Virus record (IMG/VR): IMGVR_UViG_3300035208_001807
Span: 32,001 to 96,000 of that record
Direction: 5' to 3' (one strand)
Source: a virus
Taxonomy: Duplodnaviria > Caudoviricetes
Length of the DNA: 64,000 bases
Shown: piece after piece, positions 48,509 through 58,881 of the stretch
Numbering within the stretch: position 1 is the first letter of the stretch
Layout of the letters: each line of letters opens with the position of its first letter
Made by a program: the position numbers and the translations under genes
The notes under the pieces: generated by a model
Databases searched by the model: none
What the model was told of the DNA's origin: nothing
Seen by the model: the letters and a program-made list of their open reading frames with translations, nothing else

Positions 48509-49825
48509 ATGATGCACACTCCTGGTTGTCTAGTATATATAAAAGACAAAGACATGCTGGTCTACCTGTGCCCGGCCTGTAAGCGTAAGGCTGCGTGGGG
48601 TGGAATTGCTGGCGATGAGAATGCTTTTATCCTGAGGCCGCAGCGATCCTCTATTATGTTTGGTAGACGGACGCGTAACATAGAGGCCCCTATTCCTTTG
48701 AGTCAACTAACTGCAGGCTTTGCTCCCCCATGTTCATGTGGTAAGCGTGATGATTCTACTCTTCCTGATGTCTACTATACTTCTGTTGAGAAAGTTACTG
48801 CCCATGTTCTAGTGACTCCTGGCATGCGTAGTGCTATGCCTGTCAGCGAGCATGCAGTATCTTCCCTTAGTATCACGGATGTTATTGAGATAAATCTGGA
48901 GAAGATGCAAGTTGATGCTAAGAGTAAGTCCTCTGGCATAACCTTTAAGGCTCTTCCGGATAGGCGCCCTGCTGTATACTTCTGGGCCAAGGGCAGTGAG
49001 AAGGACTTTGTTAGAGACATTACCTATAAGTTTAATGCTCATAGGACTACTGACTATGAGGGGTTATGCGCTGCGGTCTCTGGTAACTTAGTTCACAAAC
49101 ACATACATCTTGGTCCTATGCTTACTCCCTCGGGTATGGTGTATAAGTTTCATTACAGCGCTCTCTTTTATGCGCTATGTTTCCCATCTATGAAACTTCC
49201 TGATTTGATTGTTGCAATGCTAAGAGCTGAGTCGGCTCAAGACTTGCCTACTAAAGAGATGGCTGACAAGATCTTCACTGCGCGTGATCAGTTTGCTAGT
49301 TGTGCTGAGCTACCGGACGAAGAGCAGGCGGCTCATTTCCTTAGCATTCTTACTGGTTATAAGCTAGAAGGTTGTAAGGAGTTAGCTCTCGCACTCAAAG
49401 ACGCGAGGACGCTATCTCTATCCCATCTGGGTTCTCTATGTAAGTTCGTCCCCAATGCACCTAGTCTTACCAAGCTTGTTAAGAACCGTCTAACATCGGG
49501 TGACATCTTTAACAGTACACTTAACATCCTCTTTAACTCTAGACCCACTGCCAGGGAAGAGGCAGAGGCAACGATGCGCTTCTTTGCTAGCAAGTTTACT
49601 AGCGAAGAGTTCTCTCACTTCCTAATGGTGATGTTTGATAGTGCTAATATCTATAGCCTTATCCAACTAATCACAGCGGCTAGGAAGTCTAGTACCACTT
49701 GGGCAGCCCTAGAGGAGACAAAGCTAACTCCTCCTGATGTAAATAGAGGCCCCGTGAAGAACGATCCCTACATACGTAGCTTATGTAGTGAGATAGCTGG
49801 TATTGTAAAAGGCATTCAGATCTGA
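48509..49825 (+). CDS. Hypothetical protein
   Basis: Long ORF; start uncertain. Confidence 0.65.
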   Translation: MMHTPGCLVYIKDKDMLVYLCPACKRKAAWGGIAGDENAFILRPQRSSIMFGRRTRNIEAPIPLSQLTAGFAPPCSCGKRDDSTLPDVYYTSVEKVTAHVLVTPGMRSAMPVSEHAVSSLSITDVIEINLEKMQVDAKSKSSGITFKALPDRRPAVYFWAKGSEKDFVRDITYKFNAHRTTDYEGLCAAVSGNLVHKHIHLGPMLTPSGMVYKFHYSALFYALCFPSMKLPDLIVAMLRAESAQDLPTKEMADKIFTARDQFASCAELPDEEQAAHFLSILTGYKLEGCKELALALKDARTLSLSHLGSLCKFVPNAPSLTKLVKNRLTSGDIFNSTLNILFNSRPTAREEAEATMRFFASKFTSEEFSHFLMVMFDSANIYSLIQLITAARKSSTTWAALEETKLTPPDVNRGPVKNDPYIRSLCSEIAGIVKGIQI

Positions 49826-49845
49826 TATCTAGATAAGGAGTTGTC

Positions 49846-50178
49846 ATGGTAATGTTTGGATTAGACATGTCGAGCTGGGCTCTTATCATCTGTGCCATCA
49901 TAGCTGTGCTAGCGATCGCTGGGGCTGGCGCAAGCGGTGCCGCTTGGAGGCGGGCCGACCAAGAGGGTTTAGCTAAGCCTGGTGTTTCGCAGTATGCCAA
50001 GTCAGCTGCTACCATGGGAGTTGGAGTCATGGCAATCCTAGGTGGCATCTTTGTCATCTTGCTCGTTGCCTCAGCAGTTTGGTCAATGATGTATGGGGTT
50101 GGTGTATTCCTCAGCATCATTGGTCTAGTCAGCTTCTTGTTCATTGTCTCAAGGATCTTCCTTGCAGGGAGAAAGTAA
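49846..50178 (+). CDS. Membrane protein
   Basis: Three hydrophobic helices; AAGGAG RBS. Confidence 0.65.
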   Translation: MVMFGLDMSSWALIICAIIAVLAIAGAGASGAAWRRADQEGLAKPGVSQYAKSAATMGVGVMAILGGIFVILLVASAVWSMMYGVGVFLSIIGLVSFLFIVSRIFLAGRK

Positions 50179-50788
50179 CATGGCAAAGACCATTCAGCCT
50201 ATCGAAGTTAAGCTTCCGATAACAGCAGGAGCTATCCCGACTGATGATGTTCGTAAGTTGATGAAGACTATCATCACGAACGAGATAGGCTCGGTCCTTG
50301 TTAAGTACGGTATCAAGGACTACAATATCCAACTTGCTTGGCCAGATACAGATGATGCTACACACATTGAAGTATGGTCCTCAACCATGGGTTATCTCAA
50401 ACGATTCCTTGGTTCTATCCTAGCCCGTGTAGGTCAGGCTAAGACAGTAGCCAAGGTGAATTTCGTGCGGGAAATCGTTGAGGTAATCGATAACCTAGGG
50501 TACTTTCAGACGTTGGTTACTGTTACCCAAACGCACATGGCAAAGCGTTCAATGAGTGCTGACGAGCGCAAGTTCCGTGATGAAGATGAGGATGAAGAGG
50601 GAGAGGGAGAATGAAGCTCTTCGAGAAGTGTAAGGAATCTGTAGATAGGATCACGAACAAGTTTAGTTCGTGGTTGGTGGGCCGTGTCATTAAGGACCTT
50701 GACCTTGATGATGCTTTACTCCTGGTGCATATCAAAGCACTGACAGCTAAGTACTTCCTGACATGGATCTTCTTGATTCCATGCATCC

Positions 50789-51163
50789 TTGTGTATCATC
50801 TGGAGTCTTACGTTCATGGCCTCATCCAGCGTTCCCAAAAGAAAGCCAAGTAAGTCCAAGTCAGAGTTTAGTTCTGGCAAACTTATTGGCCACCAGCTAC
50901 ACCTCTTTGGTAAGGAAGAGTCTGTTGTTCATGAAGTGCCAAGCGTAGCTCACTTATTTCATAACCGCCGGCTGGCTTGCAACGTCCCTGTTGAAACTCT
51001 TGCTAGTCATCTAGGGATAACAGCTACTGAGCTTAACAGCCTAGAGTCAGGTGCTCTAGTAGCTAACAAAACCTGGTGGGCTTCAGCTTTAGCTGCGCTT
51101 ATTAGCCTTGACAATGCATTAAGAGGTCAGAGTAATGGACATTCGGATACAGGAAACCACTAA
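50789..51163 (+). CDS. XRE-type HTH protein
   Basis: LASHLGITATELNSLESG. Confidence 0.55.
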   Translation: MCIIWSLTFMASSSVPKRKPSKSKSEFSSGKLIGHQLHLFGKEESVVHEVPSVAHLFHNRRLACNVPVETLASHLGITATELNSLESGALVANKTWWASALAALISLDNALRGQSNGHSDTGNH

Positions 51164-51374
51164 GCTTGTTGCTGAGATGCGTAAGCTATCCGGCTTAACT
51201 ACTATGCAGCTTGCTGCTAAGATGAAGTCCCATGTCAAGAAGGTTCATCGTCTTGAGCAGGGGCCCGTCCTGCCATCCCTTCGTCTACTAGATGAAGTTG
51301 CTGATGCATGTGGCTTCGAGATTCATCTGGTAGCTGTACATAAGGAAGACAAACGTGTCACACCTGTCAGCTAG
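51135..51374 (+). CDS. XRE-type HTH protein
   Basis: RKLSGLT..QLA....VHRLEQG..PSL..L. Confidence 0.7.
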   Translation: MDIRIQETTKLVAEMRKLSGLTTMQLAAKMKSHVKKVHRLEQGPVLPSLRLLDEVADACGFEIHLVAVHKEDKRVTPVS

Positions 51375-51708
51375 TGTCGATGAACTGATTCCGCTTCTCC
51401 ATGATCGTAATACCTCTATTATTCCAGTGAATGTTCTTTGGGAATATGATGAGGATGCATATTGGGAAGCAGAGGGTACAGTCTGGATCTTTATCTTTAG
51501 CGATGAGGGTGTCCCTTACCGAGTTCTTATCAATAAGAACATTGAGAAGCTTGTAGTTGGTTCTAGGGTAGCGGCCGAGGCAATAGCTAAGGCTATTCTC
51601 CGTAGCAATGCCGAGTGCGCTCACAAGACACGTGAGAAGTACACTGGTCCGGAGGGCGAGCATCGCCTATCCCGAGACATCTTAACTCTGGAACACCCGA
51701 GCTAACTA

Positions 51709-52827
51709 ATGAATCTTATCGGTCAGATCTATGGGAATATGGGTATTCCTAACCATACAAGGGACTTATTCTCTGAACTCTTAGTCCAAATCCCAGGATC
51801 AAAAGTTTATCCTACCCACTCAGGTGGCAACTTTGTCACCTCTGCTCCCTTAGCTGGTGCTATAACCGGTTGGCCAACAGATGGTACTAAACTTACAGGT
51901 GACACCTTCATATTCTGGACGCCTGATATCTATGCTCAGGTAATACAGAGACTAGATAGGTCTAAGTCCTTCGTAATTGGTTACCCTATCTTCGAATGGA
52001 CTAACCTTTCTCCAGAATGGATAGCTGGTCTTAAGCTTGTTGATTTGATTGCTGTCTCATCCAAGTGGGCACGCGCCGTTATCATTGCCCATGGCTTCTC
52101 GGAAGACAAGGTTGTGGTTTTACCAGCTGGTGTTAGTAATGGTTATCTTGGTATTCCTGCTGGCAAGGATGCCACCAAGAAGTTTCTCTTCGTTGCAAAG
52201 AATGAGGTGCGCAAGTCAGTCAAAGAAGTTTTGACTATCTGCGCAGAGGAGTTACCTAAGTATGGACAGCGTCTTACAGCTCTCATCTCCGATCCTCATG
52301 ACCCCAGCTTCAATGCTCGTGCTTTGCTTTCTAGCTATGGCATTAGCCAAGATGCGCCGATAGATCTAATCAGTCCGCCGATAGGTGTGGGCGGAATGGT
52401 TAATCTCTATGATGATCACGAGTTCCTGCTTATGCCGTCTAAGGCTGGTGGCACAGAGCTCCCTATTCTAGAGGCCATCGCTCGCGGTTGTACTCCTATC
52501 TATACAGAGTATAGTGGGATGACAGAGATACAGCTTCTTCCTGATGTTCTTAAGCAGTGGGCGCCGCACTGGTCCATCCCAGTGAAGAAGTTAGTACCTA
52601 TGCAAGATAACCGTTGGTTCAAACCCTACAGAGAATGGGGTGTGTGGGCTGAGCCAGATTGGGATGCCTTTAGAGCTAGGTTAAAAGAGGCTAGCGAAGA
52701 GGACATGAGAGAGCAGCAGTGTCAGGACCGTGCTTTCATACGCTTCCATGCTAAACAATTCGCCTATCCTAGAATTGTTGGGAAGTTTATTGAGGTACTG
52801 AATGACTCCCGAACTTCCAAAGGATAG
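51709..52827 (+). CDS. Glycosyltransferase (GT-B/GT4-like)
   Basis: FEWT, VSSKW, RKS and LMPSKAGGTELPILEAIARG motifs. Confidence 0.78.
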   Translation: MNLIGQIYGNMGIPNHTRDLFSELLVQIPGSKVYPTHSGGNFVTSAPLAGAITGWPTDGTKLTGDTFIFWTPDIYAQVIQRLDRSKSFVIGYPIFEWTNLSPEWIAGLKLVDLIAVSSKWARAVIIAHGFSEDKVVVLPAGVSNGYLGIPAGKDATKKFLFVAKNEVRKSVKEVLTICAEELPKYGQRLTALISDPHDPSFNARALLSSYGISQDAPIDLISPPIGVGGMVNLYDDHEFLLMPSKAGGTELPILEAIARGCTPIYTEYSGMTEIQLLPDVLKQWAPHWSIPVKKLVPMQDNRWFKPYREWGVWAEPDWDAFRARLKEASEEDMREQQCQDRAFIRFHAKQFAYPRIVGKFIEVLNDSRTSKG

Positions 52828-53280
52828 AAGTATTAAGCCACCCTATCTTCTTGGTGGATCCAAGGAGTTTATAGGTCTTTACTTTGCCATTTGGGCATTG
52901 AAGCGTAAGATGGATAATCTAATTAAGAATGCATTGGATGATAGCTCCGATGCTAGGGCATTAAAGTTGATCTTGTTGTACCATCAGGCTCGGAGGGTTG
53001 CCGATGTATCCCATCGTTTTGTTGAACGTTACTCCACGACCTATGAGATTGGAGATCTCGCCAAGGCTTACGACTGTGGAGAAGAAGGAACTGGAAACCT
53101 CTCAGCTAGAGGACACATTGCAGAAGCACAACGACCAACAGATCCAACAGTACCTAAGGTACAAGAGGAACTGGGCGACGATGGTAAGGGATAGCGACTT
53201 CATTGGTCAAGTAGTTGACCTAAAGGTATAGACATGAAGATTAATAAACAACTACAGTCCTCGATCCAAAGGAGTTTGTA

Positions 53281-54108
53281 ATGCCGCCTGCAAATGTTCC
53301 AGTAGGGATGCCCGACTTCTCTGCTACGATTGATCCTGTTATTCGCTGTCTACAGACGAATGCCAAGATCTTGCGTCGTGGAGATCCAACTCAGGCTGGT
53401 ATTAGCCCCAGGGTTCAGGCTGTAACCGCTGCTCTCTCAGCATTGTTTACTGCCGGTGCTTTAGCTAGCCAGGACCGCTCGAACTGGACTGCTTTGTTCT
53501 CAGCAGTTATCGGCGAAGATATCCCACGTATTACCACAGCCCTTGTACGCGTCGGGCAGATAGTAGTTCCCACTAGTAACCCTAATGGTCATAACTATGC
53601 GACGAACACTCCTTGTCTTATTGCGACAGTGAATTCAGATGGGCATGCTTATGCGATTAAGACTGATGGTTCGACCGGGAACCAGTTGCCAATGGGCCGA
53701 GGGTATAACACAGCGAACTGGGTAACTAGTGTTACAGATACAGCCATCGACATGTACTTTGCATCTTTGAGAGCTACTCTTCTAGCTAACCCGCTACTAG
53801 TATCTGGGCTGGCTACGATACTCTCATCTATTCCCCCTAATGTTCTTGAGCAGATCAATGCCGTTAACTCTGGCAGGACCACCATTGATGCTCTGAATGT
53901 TATCGCGGTGCCTGGATCAGTGGCAGCAGGTGGAACTACTTACCGTAGGGTTCAGTCTAGGCGCCGCCGGACTGCATATAACCCTCAGACTTACCCTCCG
54001 CTTCCTATGCCTCCTCCAATAGTGCTGCCTATAACTCCTCCTGAGCCTAGTGGAACACCCGCTCCGCCTCCGCCTGGGAGCAGTAGTCTTTCGAGACTGG
54101 TGGATTAA
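53281..54108 (+). CDS. Hypothetical protein (MPP start, Pro-rich linker, LxxLVD end)
   Basis: Ends SSLSRLVD; shares a motif with the next gene. Confidence 0.7.
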   Translation: MPPANVPVGMPDFSATIDPVIRCLQTNAKILRRGDPTQAGISPRVQAVTAALSALFTAGALASQDRSNWTALFSAVIGEDIPRITTALVRVGQIVVPTSNPNGHNYATNTPCLIATVNSDGHAYAIKTDGSTGNQLPMGRGYNTANWVTSVTDTAIDMYFASLRATLLANPLLVSGLATILSSIPPNVLEQINAVNSGRTTIDALNVIAVPGSVAAGGTTYRRVQSRRRRTAYNPQTYPPLPMPPPIVLPITPPEPSGTPAPPPPGSSSLSRLVD

Positions 54109-54109
54109 A

Positions 54110-54895
54110 ATGCCTCCTACTAATAGCTTTTTAGGTAGTCTTCTCCCTCAGATTTATACTTACTCAAGGTATATCTCTGCCAAGTATGGCTTCCATGGGG
54201 CGGGCCCCACTAATATGGATCCATTAGATCCTCTTATTAGTCGACTTGTATCTTTCGAGCAAGATATCGATACCGATGAGGTCGAGGATCTGATACGAGA
54301 GATTAGTCGGGCTATGCCGCGAGACACTGGCAGTGGGTTGCTAGCTCGCTTTAGGAGTGCCTCTCGCTCATCTAATAGTCCTATTTATTCTTCAGCTGTA
54401 GTTGCTATCTACAAGTTAGGATCAGTTGTTGTTCCTGTGAATGGTAATTCTAATGACCATCACTATGCGATGGGAACTCCAGTACTAGTTTGTAGTTGTG
54501 ATGAAAGAGATGAAGAGGAGGGTGGCGAGTTTCAGGCTATGCGTCCTAATTTATCTATAGGGGATGACTTACCAGATTCTGATGATGCACGTGGTACTAT
54601 AAGGCTAGCAACATCAAGTGAGATTGCTCAGTTCTATACGTCAATGGTGCGTCAGGCCCTACCGCTTTTAGGGGCAAAGCGGGTTCGCTTTATGTGTAGT
54701 CTATCTGACATTATGGCTCAGTATACTATGCATGCCCACCAAATTGATATGGATGTATGGGAGACTGTGCAAGCAGAGGTAGCTCGTGAGATCCCTGTTA
54801 TTATGAGCGGGCTGTTAGAGATAAAGACTACTGTTGCTAAGGTGGTTAAGTCTACTGTTAAGAAGCCGCGGTCAAGGCTAGGAGAAATCGTTTGA
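54110..54895 (+). CDS. Hypothetical protein, partial paralog of 53281-54108
   Basis: MPPTNS start; GSVVVP..N.N.HHYAMGTP; ends SRLGEIV. Confidence 0.7.
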   Translation: MPPTNSFLGSLLPQIYTYSRYISAKYGFHGAGPTNMDPLDPLISRLVSFEQDIDTDEVEDLIREISRAMPRDTGSGLLARFRSASRSSNSPIYSSAVVAIYKLGSVVVPVNGNSNDHHYAMGTPVLVCSCDERDEEEGGEFQAMRPNLSIGDDLPDSDDARGTIRLATSSEIAQFYTSMVRQALPLLGAKRVRFMCSLSDIMAQYTMHAHQIDMDVWETVQAEVAREIPVIMSGLLEIKTTVAKVVKSTVKKPRSRLGEIV

Positions 54896-55548
54896 GCAGG
54901 CTATCTGATGTTAAGGAGTCCTGGATTGGATGCCAGAAGTGTGGGCTTCATGTAAGCCGCACACGGGTGGTGTTCTCTGATGGTCCCGAGACTGCTGACA
55001 TTATGATAGTAGGCGAGGGGCCAGGTGCTACAGAGGATGCTAAGGGCATTCCCTTCTGTGGAGTATCAGGCGAGTTGTTCAATGAGATTCTTAGGTGTGC
55101 TGGTATCAGCCGCCAAGAATGCTATTGGACTAATGCTATTCGCTGTCATCCATATGGTAACCGGGCGCCTCTACAACCGGAGCTAGATGCCTGCCGTCCT
55201 CTTTTGCTTGCTGAGATTGAGATCATCAAACCTAAGGTAATTATTATGGCTGGGCAGACAGCTGCTCGCACCCTTATGGGCACTACATCTTCGATGGGTA
55301 GTATCGCTGGGAAGTTTACCAACATTAATGGCATTCCTGCCATTGCAATCTACCATCCAGCTGCTATACTACGTAATAAGGACCTGAATCCTGATAGATA
55401 TATGGAGTATAAGAAGTCTGTGTGGGCTAGCATCAAGGCCGTAAAGAAGTATATTGATGAAGTAAGAGCCGGCAAGCAGCCGGAAGTTAAGGCAGAAGTA
55501 GTAGGCAAGCAGAAGCCAGCAGTAGACTCTCAGATGTCTCTGCTATAG
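54892..55548 (+). CDS. Uracil-DNA glycosylase, family 4
   Basis: CQKC.L, VGEGPG..ED..G.PF.G and YHPAA motifs. Confidence 0.92.
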   Translation: MSRLSDVKESWIGCQKCGLHVSRTRVVFSDGPETADIMIVGEGPGATEDAKGIPFCGVSGELFNEILRCAGISRQECYWTNAIRCHPYGNRAPLQPELDACRPLLLAEIEIIKPKVIIMAGQTAARTLMGTTSSMGSIAGKFTNINGIPAIAIYHPAAILRNKDLNPDRYMEYKKSVWASIKAVKKYIDEVRAGKQPEVKAEVVGKQKPAVDSQMSLL

Positions 55549-55615
55549 GCAAGACGAGATGTCCGTGGTATTCCCATGGATGCTCTAGCTAGCTAGTAAA
55601 TCTGGAGGTAGGATC

Positions 55616-55801
55616 ATGGACGGCTTACGCACAGTGATCGTCGATGGCGAGAACTACAACCTTCCCGACGGTATGTCGGAGACGGAAGTAGTCAGCGCTC
55701 TGTCGGTCAATCGTCCTGAGTACGCAAATGGATCCATTCGAGTGGATGAAACCACTCAGGCATGGCATCTTGAGCGTGGCTCAGGTCACAAGGGCGAATA
55801 A
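55616..55801 (+). CDS. Putative ubiquitin-like protein (PRTRC protein C-like)
   Basis: 61 aa; PEYAN; ends GHKG-E; first gene upstream of E2/JAB/ThiF. Confidence 0.6.
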   Translation: MDGLRTVIVDGENYNLPDGMSETEVVSALSVNRPEYANGSIRVDETTQAWHLERGSGHKGE

Positions 55802-55827
55802 CTTTCGCCTATATGTTTGTGTCTTTC

Positions 55828-55868
55828 GGGGATCCTGTAAGTATACTACGGGGTCCCCTTTCTATTTT
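55828..55868 (+). terminator. Terminator or attenuator after the Ubl gene
   Basis: GGGGATCCTGTA...TACGGGGTCCCC followed by T-run. Confidence 0.6.
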
Positions 55869-55879
55869 AGGAGATACCT

Positions 55880-57658
55880 GTGAATAGTCTTGAGCGTGTC
55901 ACATCTAGTGTTGATCGCTTATCAGTAGAGGCTATGCGCATGTCGGTGGCTAAGGCTGCAAAGCTTAATGAGATACTTAGCTTTCAGACTAAGGTCAAGC
56001 TCTCTCCTCTTCCAACTGAGGAGAATAAGATCCGTGGGTTCTTCGCAGACAAGCTCTATTATTTGTATGCAGAACGTTATGCCAATGTACTAAGCTCAAT
56101 CACGGGCCAAGCTAAGGAAAGAGTATATACTCTCTCCTCTGATCTTGGTGGCCTTTATAAAGCGCACTATGCAACTGCCCCCATCACAAGACAGTTAGCT
56201 AGCATTTATGCCAGAGTTATTGTACTTATAGCTAGCATGTTATCTTCTCGCCTACAGGGTAGAGTAGATAGATTCTATGATAGGGACCATAGTCTCTTTA
56301 AGCAGCGTGGTCCTTTTGCCAAGCAGTACCGTGGCTGGCGCCGCCGCCAGATGTACAAGCTTAATCATAATCTAGAGTCTCATTGTGCTACCTACTTTGA
56401 GGCTTTTGTTCCGCGTGAAGGACATGCCTTTAGTTGCCGGATGGCTTATCGCCAAGTCAATAGTCCTGGATATTCTGGTTCCAAGGTCCCTTATGGTGAA
56501 TGGTGTTCGAACTTCGCGGGTCTACTTCTTCGTAATATAGTAGCTGCAGATGTTCCGGGCGGCCACCGCTCTACTTCTGGTACTAGTAATATGCCAGGGT
56601 GTATTAACAATGCTATCCTTTCAGACTTAGCTATGGTTCCTATCTTTCAGGGGTTGGGACTAGCTTCTGGCTATGGATCGCCAGAGTTCCTATCAGTACG
56701 TAGCTCTCATCGATCTGACTCCACTCTAAGTACCCTTACAGCAGCTCTCTATTCTCCTAGTCCCGCCTATGTGGACTACATTAATCGTAACTGTAAGGAC
56801 ATACAGCCTGAGGAAGCCGTAGCCGAATTTGCTAGGGTATTTTCCTTGCGCTCTGCTGAGGGTCAGCGTATCCAAGAGACCTACCATCGTAAGCATGCCC
56901 TTCAAAGGCATCCTGCTTTTGTTAGGAGCTTCGGTAAGAAGCAACCGGCTATCCTCCCAACTCTAGATCGAGGTATGCTGGGTGCTCTTTGGGTTTCCTC
57001 AAGCAACTTATTTAATAAGGACTATGCAGCTACTGGTTTTTCACACCTAACTAACAACAATCTTAAGGCTGTTTATGACGGCGCTGATACTCTGAATGGA
57101 GCTGGTGCTGGGCACTGCCTCTTCTATGTTGCTGGTCCTAATATGAAGACCGAGATAAGGGATATGTCAGAGCTTAAGAGGCGTTCTGTCGATGACCATC
57201 TAGGGCAGATCTTAATGCCTGGCAACCTCTTTCGAGACCTACTCTTCGGAGATAGAGCCATCGCTGAGGTTGTCGATGTGTCCAGTGGCACCGTTGGTGT
57301 TGCTGACATTCCTGCCATTGAGGAATGGTTAATGCATAACTGCAGCATGGTTATAAGCTGGTCTCAGCCGGCTATCGATCACGCTGGTCTTCTTAAGGAC
57401 CCAGCTAGTAGTAGCATTGAGAGACATAGGTTTACGTCACTTATGGGTAGTGTAGCTACATCAATGCTAATGTTCGACAACCACAAGTCAGATGGTTACT
57501 TCCTCAATGCTCTTCTACAGATGGCTCCGTATCTTTCTAATGAGCATGTGGTTAAGGTAATCAATTCCCTTCTTGATCTGAAGATAGATGCTGTTAACTC
57601 TGGGATAACATCCATGGTGGCTCCCGATGCCGCAACTGTTACAACAGCTAGATCCTAA
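55880..57658 (+). CDS. Hypothetical protein (592 aa) within the Ubl cassette
   Basis: AGGAG RBS; GTG start. Confidence 0.7.
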   Translation: MNSLERVTSSVDRLSVEAMRMSVAKAAKLNEILSFQTKVKLSPLPTEENKIRGFFADKLYYLYAERYANVLSSITGQAKERVYTLSSDLGGLYKAHYATAPITRQLASIYARVIVLIASMLSSRLQGRVDRFYDRDHSLFKQRGPFAKQYRGWRRRQMYKLNHNLESHCATYFEAFVPREGHAFSCRMAYRQVNSPGYSGSKVPYGEWCSNFAGLLLRNIVAADVPGGHRSTSGTSNMPGCINNAILSDLAMVPIFQGLGLASGYGSPEFLSVRSSHRSDSTLSTLTAALYSPSPAYVDYINRNCKDIQPEEAVAEFARVFSLRSAEGQRIQETYHRKHALQRHPAFVRSFGKKQPAILPTLDRGMLGALWVSSSNLFNKDYAATGFSHLTNNNLKAVYDGADTLNGAGAGHCLFYVAGPNMKTEIRDMSELKRRSVDDHLGQILMPGNLFRDLLFGDRAIAEVVDVSSGTVGVADIPAIEEWLMHNCSMVISWSQPAIDHAGLLKDPASSSIERHRFTSLMGSVATSMLMFDNHKSDGYFLNALLQMAPYLSNEHVVKVINSLLDLKIDAVNSGITSMVAPDAATVTTARS

Positions 57659-57966
57659 TATCTCTAGTAGGCTTCTAGAGAACCTGCTCACTAACATCTT
57701 TGGTGATGTGAAGCTTACAGCCGAGGATTCTATACGAGCACTGACTCTTGAGCAGCTACTTGAGCCAGCACATAGAGCTCGGCTTTATTCCCTGTTGGCC
57801 ACTAAGGCCAAGGAGTTAGTTGATCTTCTTGACGCGGACAGCAGGCTAGCACCCAATGCGCAGGGCACTGGCGAGCTTAAGTTCTTGGAAGATATTGCCG
57901 AGAAGGACAAGTCGAGCGAGGGCGTGGCCCTCATCATAAATGCTTTGTCGCTTATGAGATCTTTAG

Positions 57967-58881
57967 ATGCTGATGACTACATATAATGCTAGTGCATTGA
58001 GGGTAAAGATGGCTGAAGATACTGCACCTGTCGTTCAGATCGAACTCACTACAACCTCAGCGACTATCACTACCAAGCATCAGGCCTCGGGGTCTTCTCG
58101 TGTAGAGATTGTATCCCCTAAGCAGCTATTTGAGACTATCTCTGAAGCTTATAAGCCATTCAGAGTCGACTCAACTCCTATCCTGCCTGTTACAGGTAAG
58201 GATTATACAGCTGTGCGCTTCTGGTCTTCCTCACAGATCACCCATAAGACGACGGTAATCTCAGAGGGGTCGGCAGGACCGCGGACCTTAACCACTAAGT
58301 TGCATCGTGGCAATATTGAAGGGACTATGCTGGCCTCACTAAAGGCCTTGGCCATCAAGTTTCCTAGCAAGGTTACTCTTGATCCAGGTCCTGCTACTGG
58401 CTATGTTGAACTTAAGTTCACTCTGAATCTACCTTATATGCTATTGGTTACTGAGCTTGTACATGCTGCTCAGCCTGGAGTCTCAACTCTAGGTAAGTGT
58501 ACCATCTGCTTCTCTGACCTACCCTTCGCTTCCTTTGACCAGCGAGTTTATGTAGGCTCTCTTCCCAATCTCCATACTCCTCATGGTGGGCCGGGATCTA
58601 ACATCTGTTGGGGCACAGTCTTTGGAGAGGACCACAATATGACGCTGGCCAATGTGGGAACATTAGCTCCTATGTTTTACAACTCTGCCTTTAACTCAGA
58701 CCTATGTGGTCTTGAGTGGTATAGAGAGTTCCTACCTCTACTCCTTGAGCGGGACAAAGTGGATGAAGCGGCCTTTAGAGAGATTAAAGAGGCCCTTAGT
58801 ACCGAGTCTGGGCGTCGTGGAAGTTATTTCTATGCAGCCGGATCGTTATCCAAGCTGCTGGAGGGCGTATCAAATGAGTGA
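57967..58881 (+). CDS. Prokaryotic E2-like protein (family D, PRTRC protein B-like)
   Basis: LPNLH...ICWG...FYNSAFNSDL. Confidence 0.7.
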   Translation: MLMTTYNASALRVKMAEDTAPVVQIELTTTSATITTKHQASGSSRVEIVSPKQLFETISEAYKPFRVDSTPILPVTGKDYTAVRFWSSSQITHKTTVISEGSAGPRTLTTKLHRGNIEGTMLASLKALAIKFPSKVTLDPGPATGYVELKFTLNLPYMLLVTELVHAAQPGVSTLGKCTICFSDLPFASFDQRVYVGSLPNLHTPHGGPGSNICWGTVFGEDHNMTLANVGTLAPMFYNSAFNSDLCGLEWYREFLPLLLERDKVDEAAFREIKEALSTESGRRGSYFYAAGSLSKLLEGVSNE

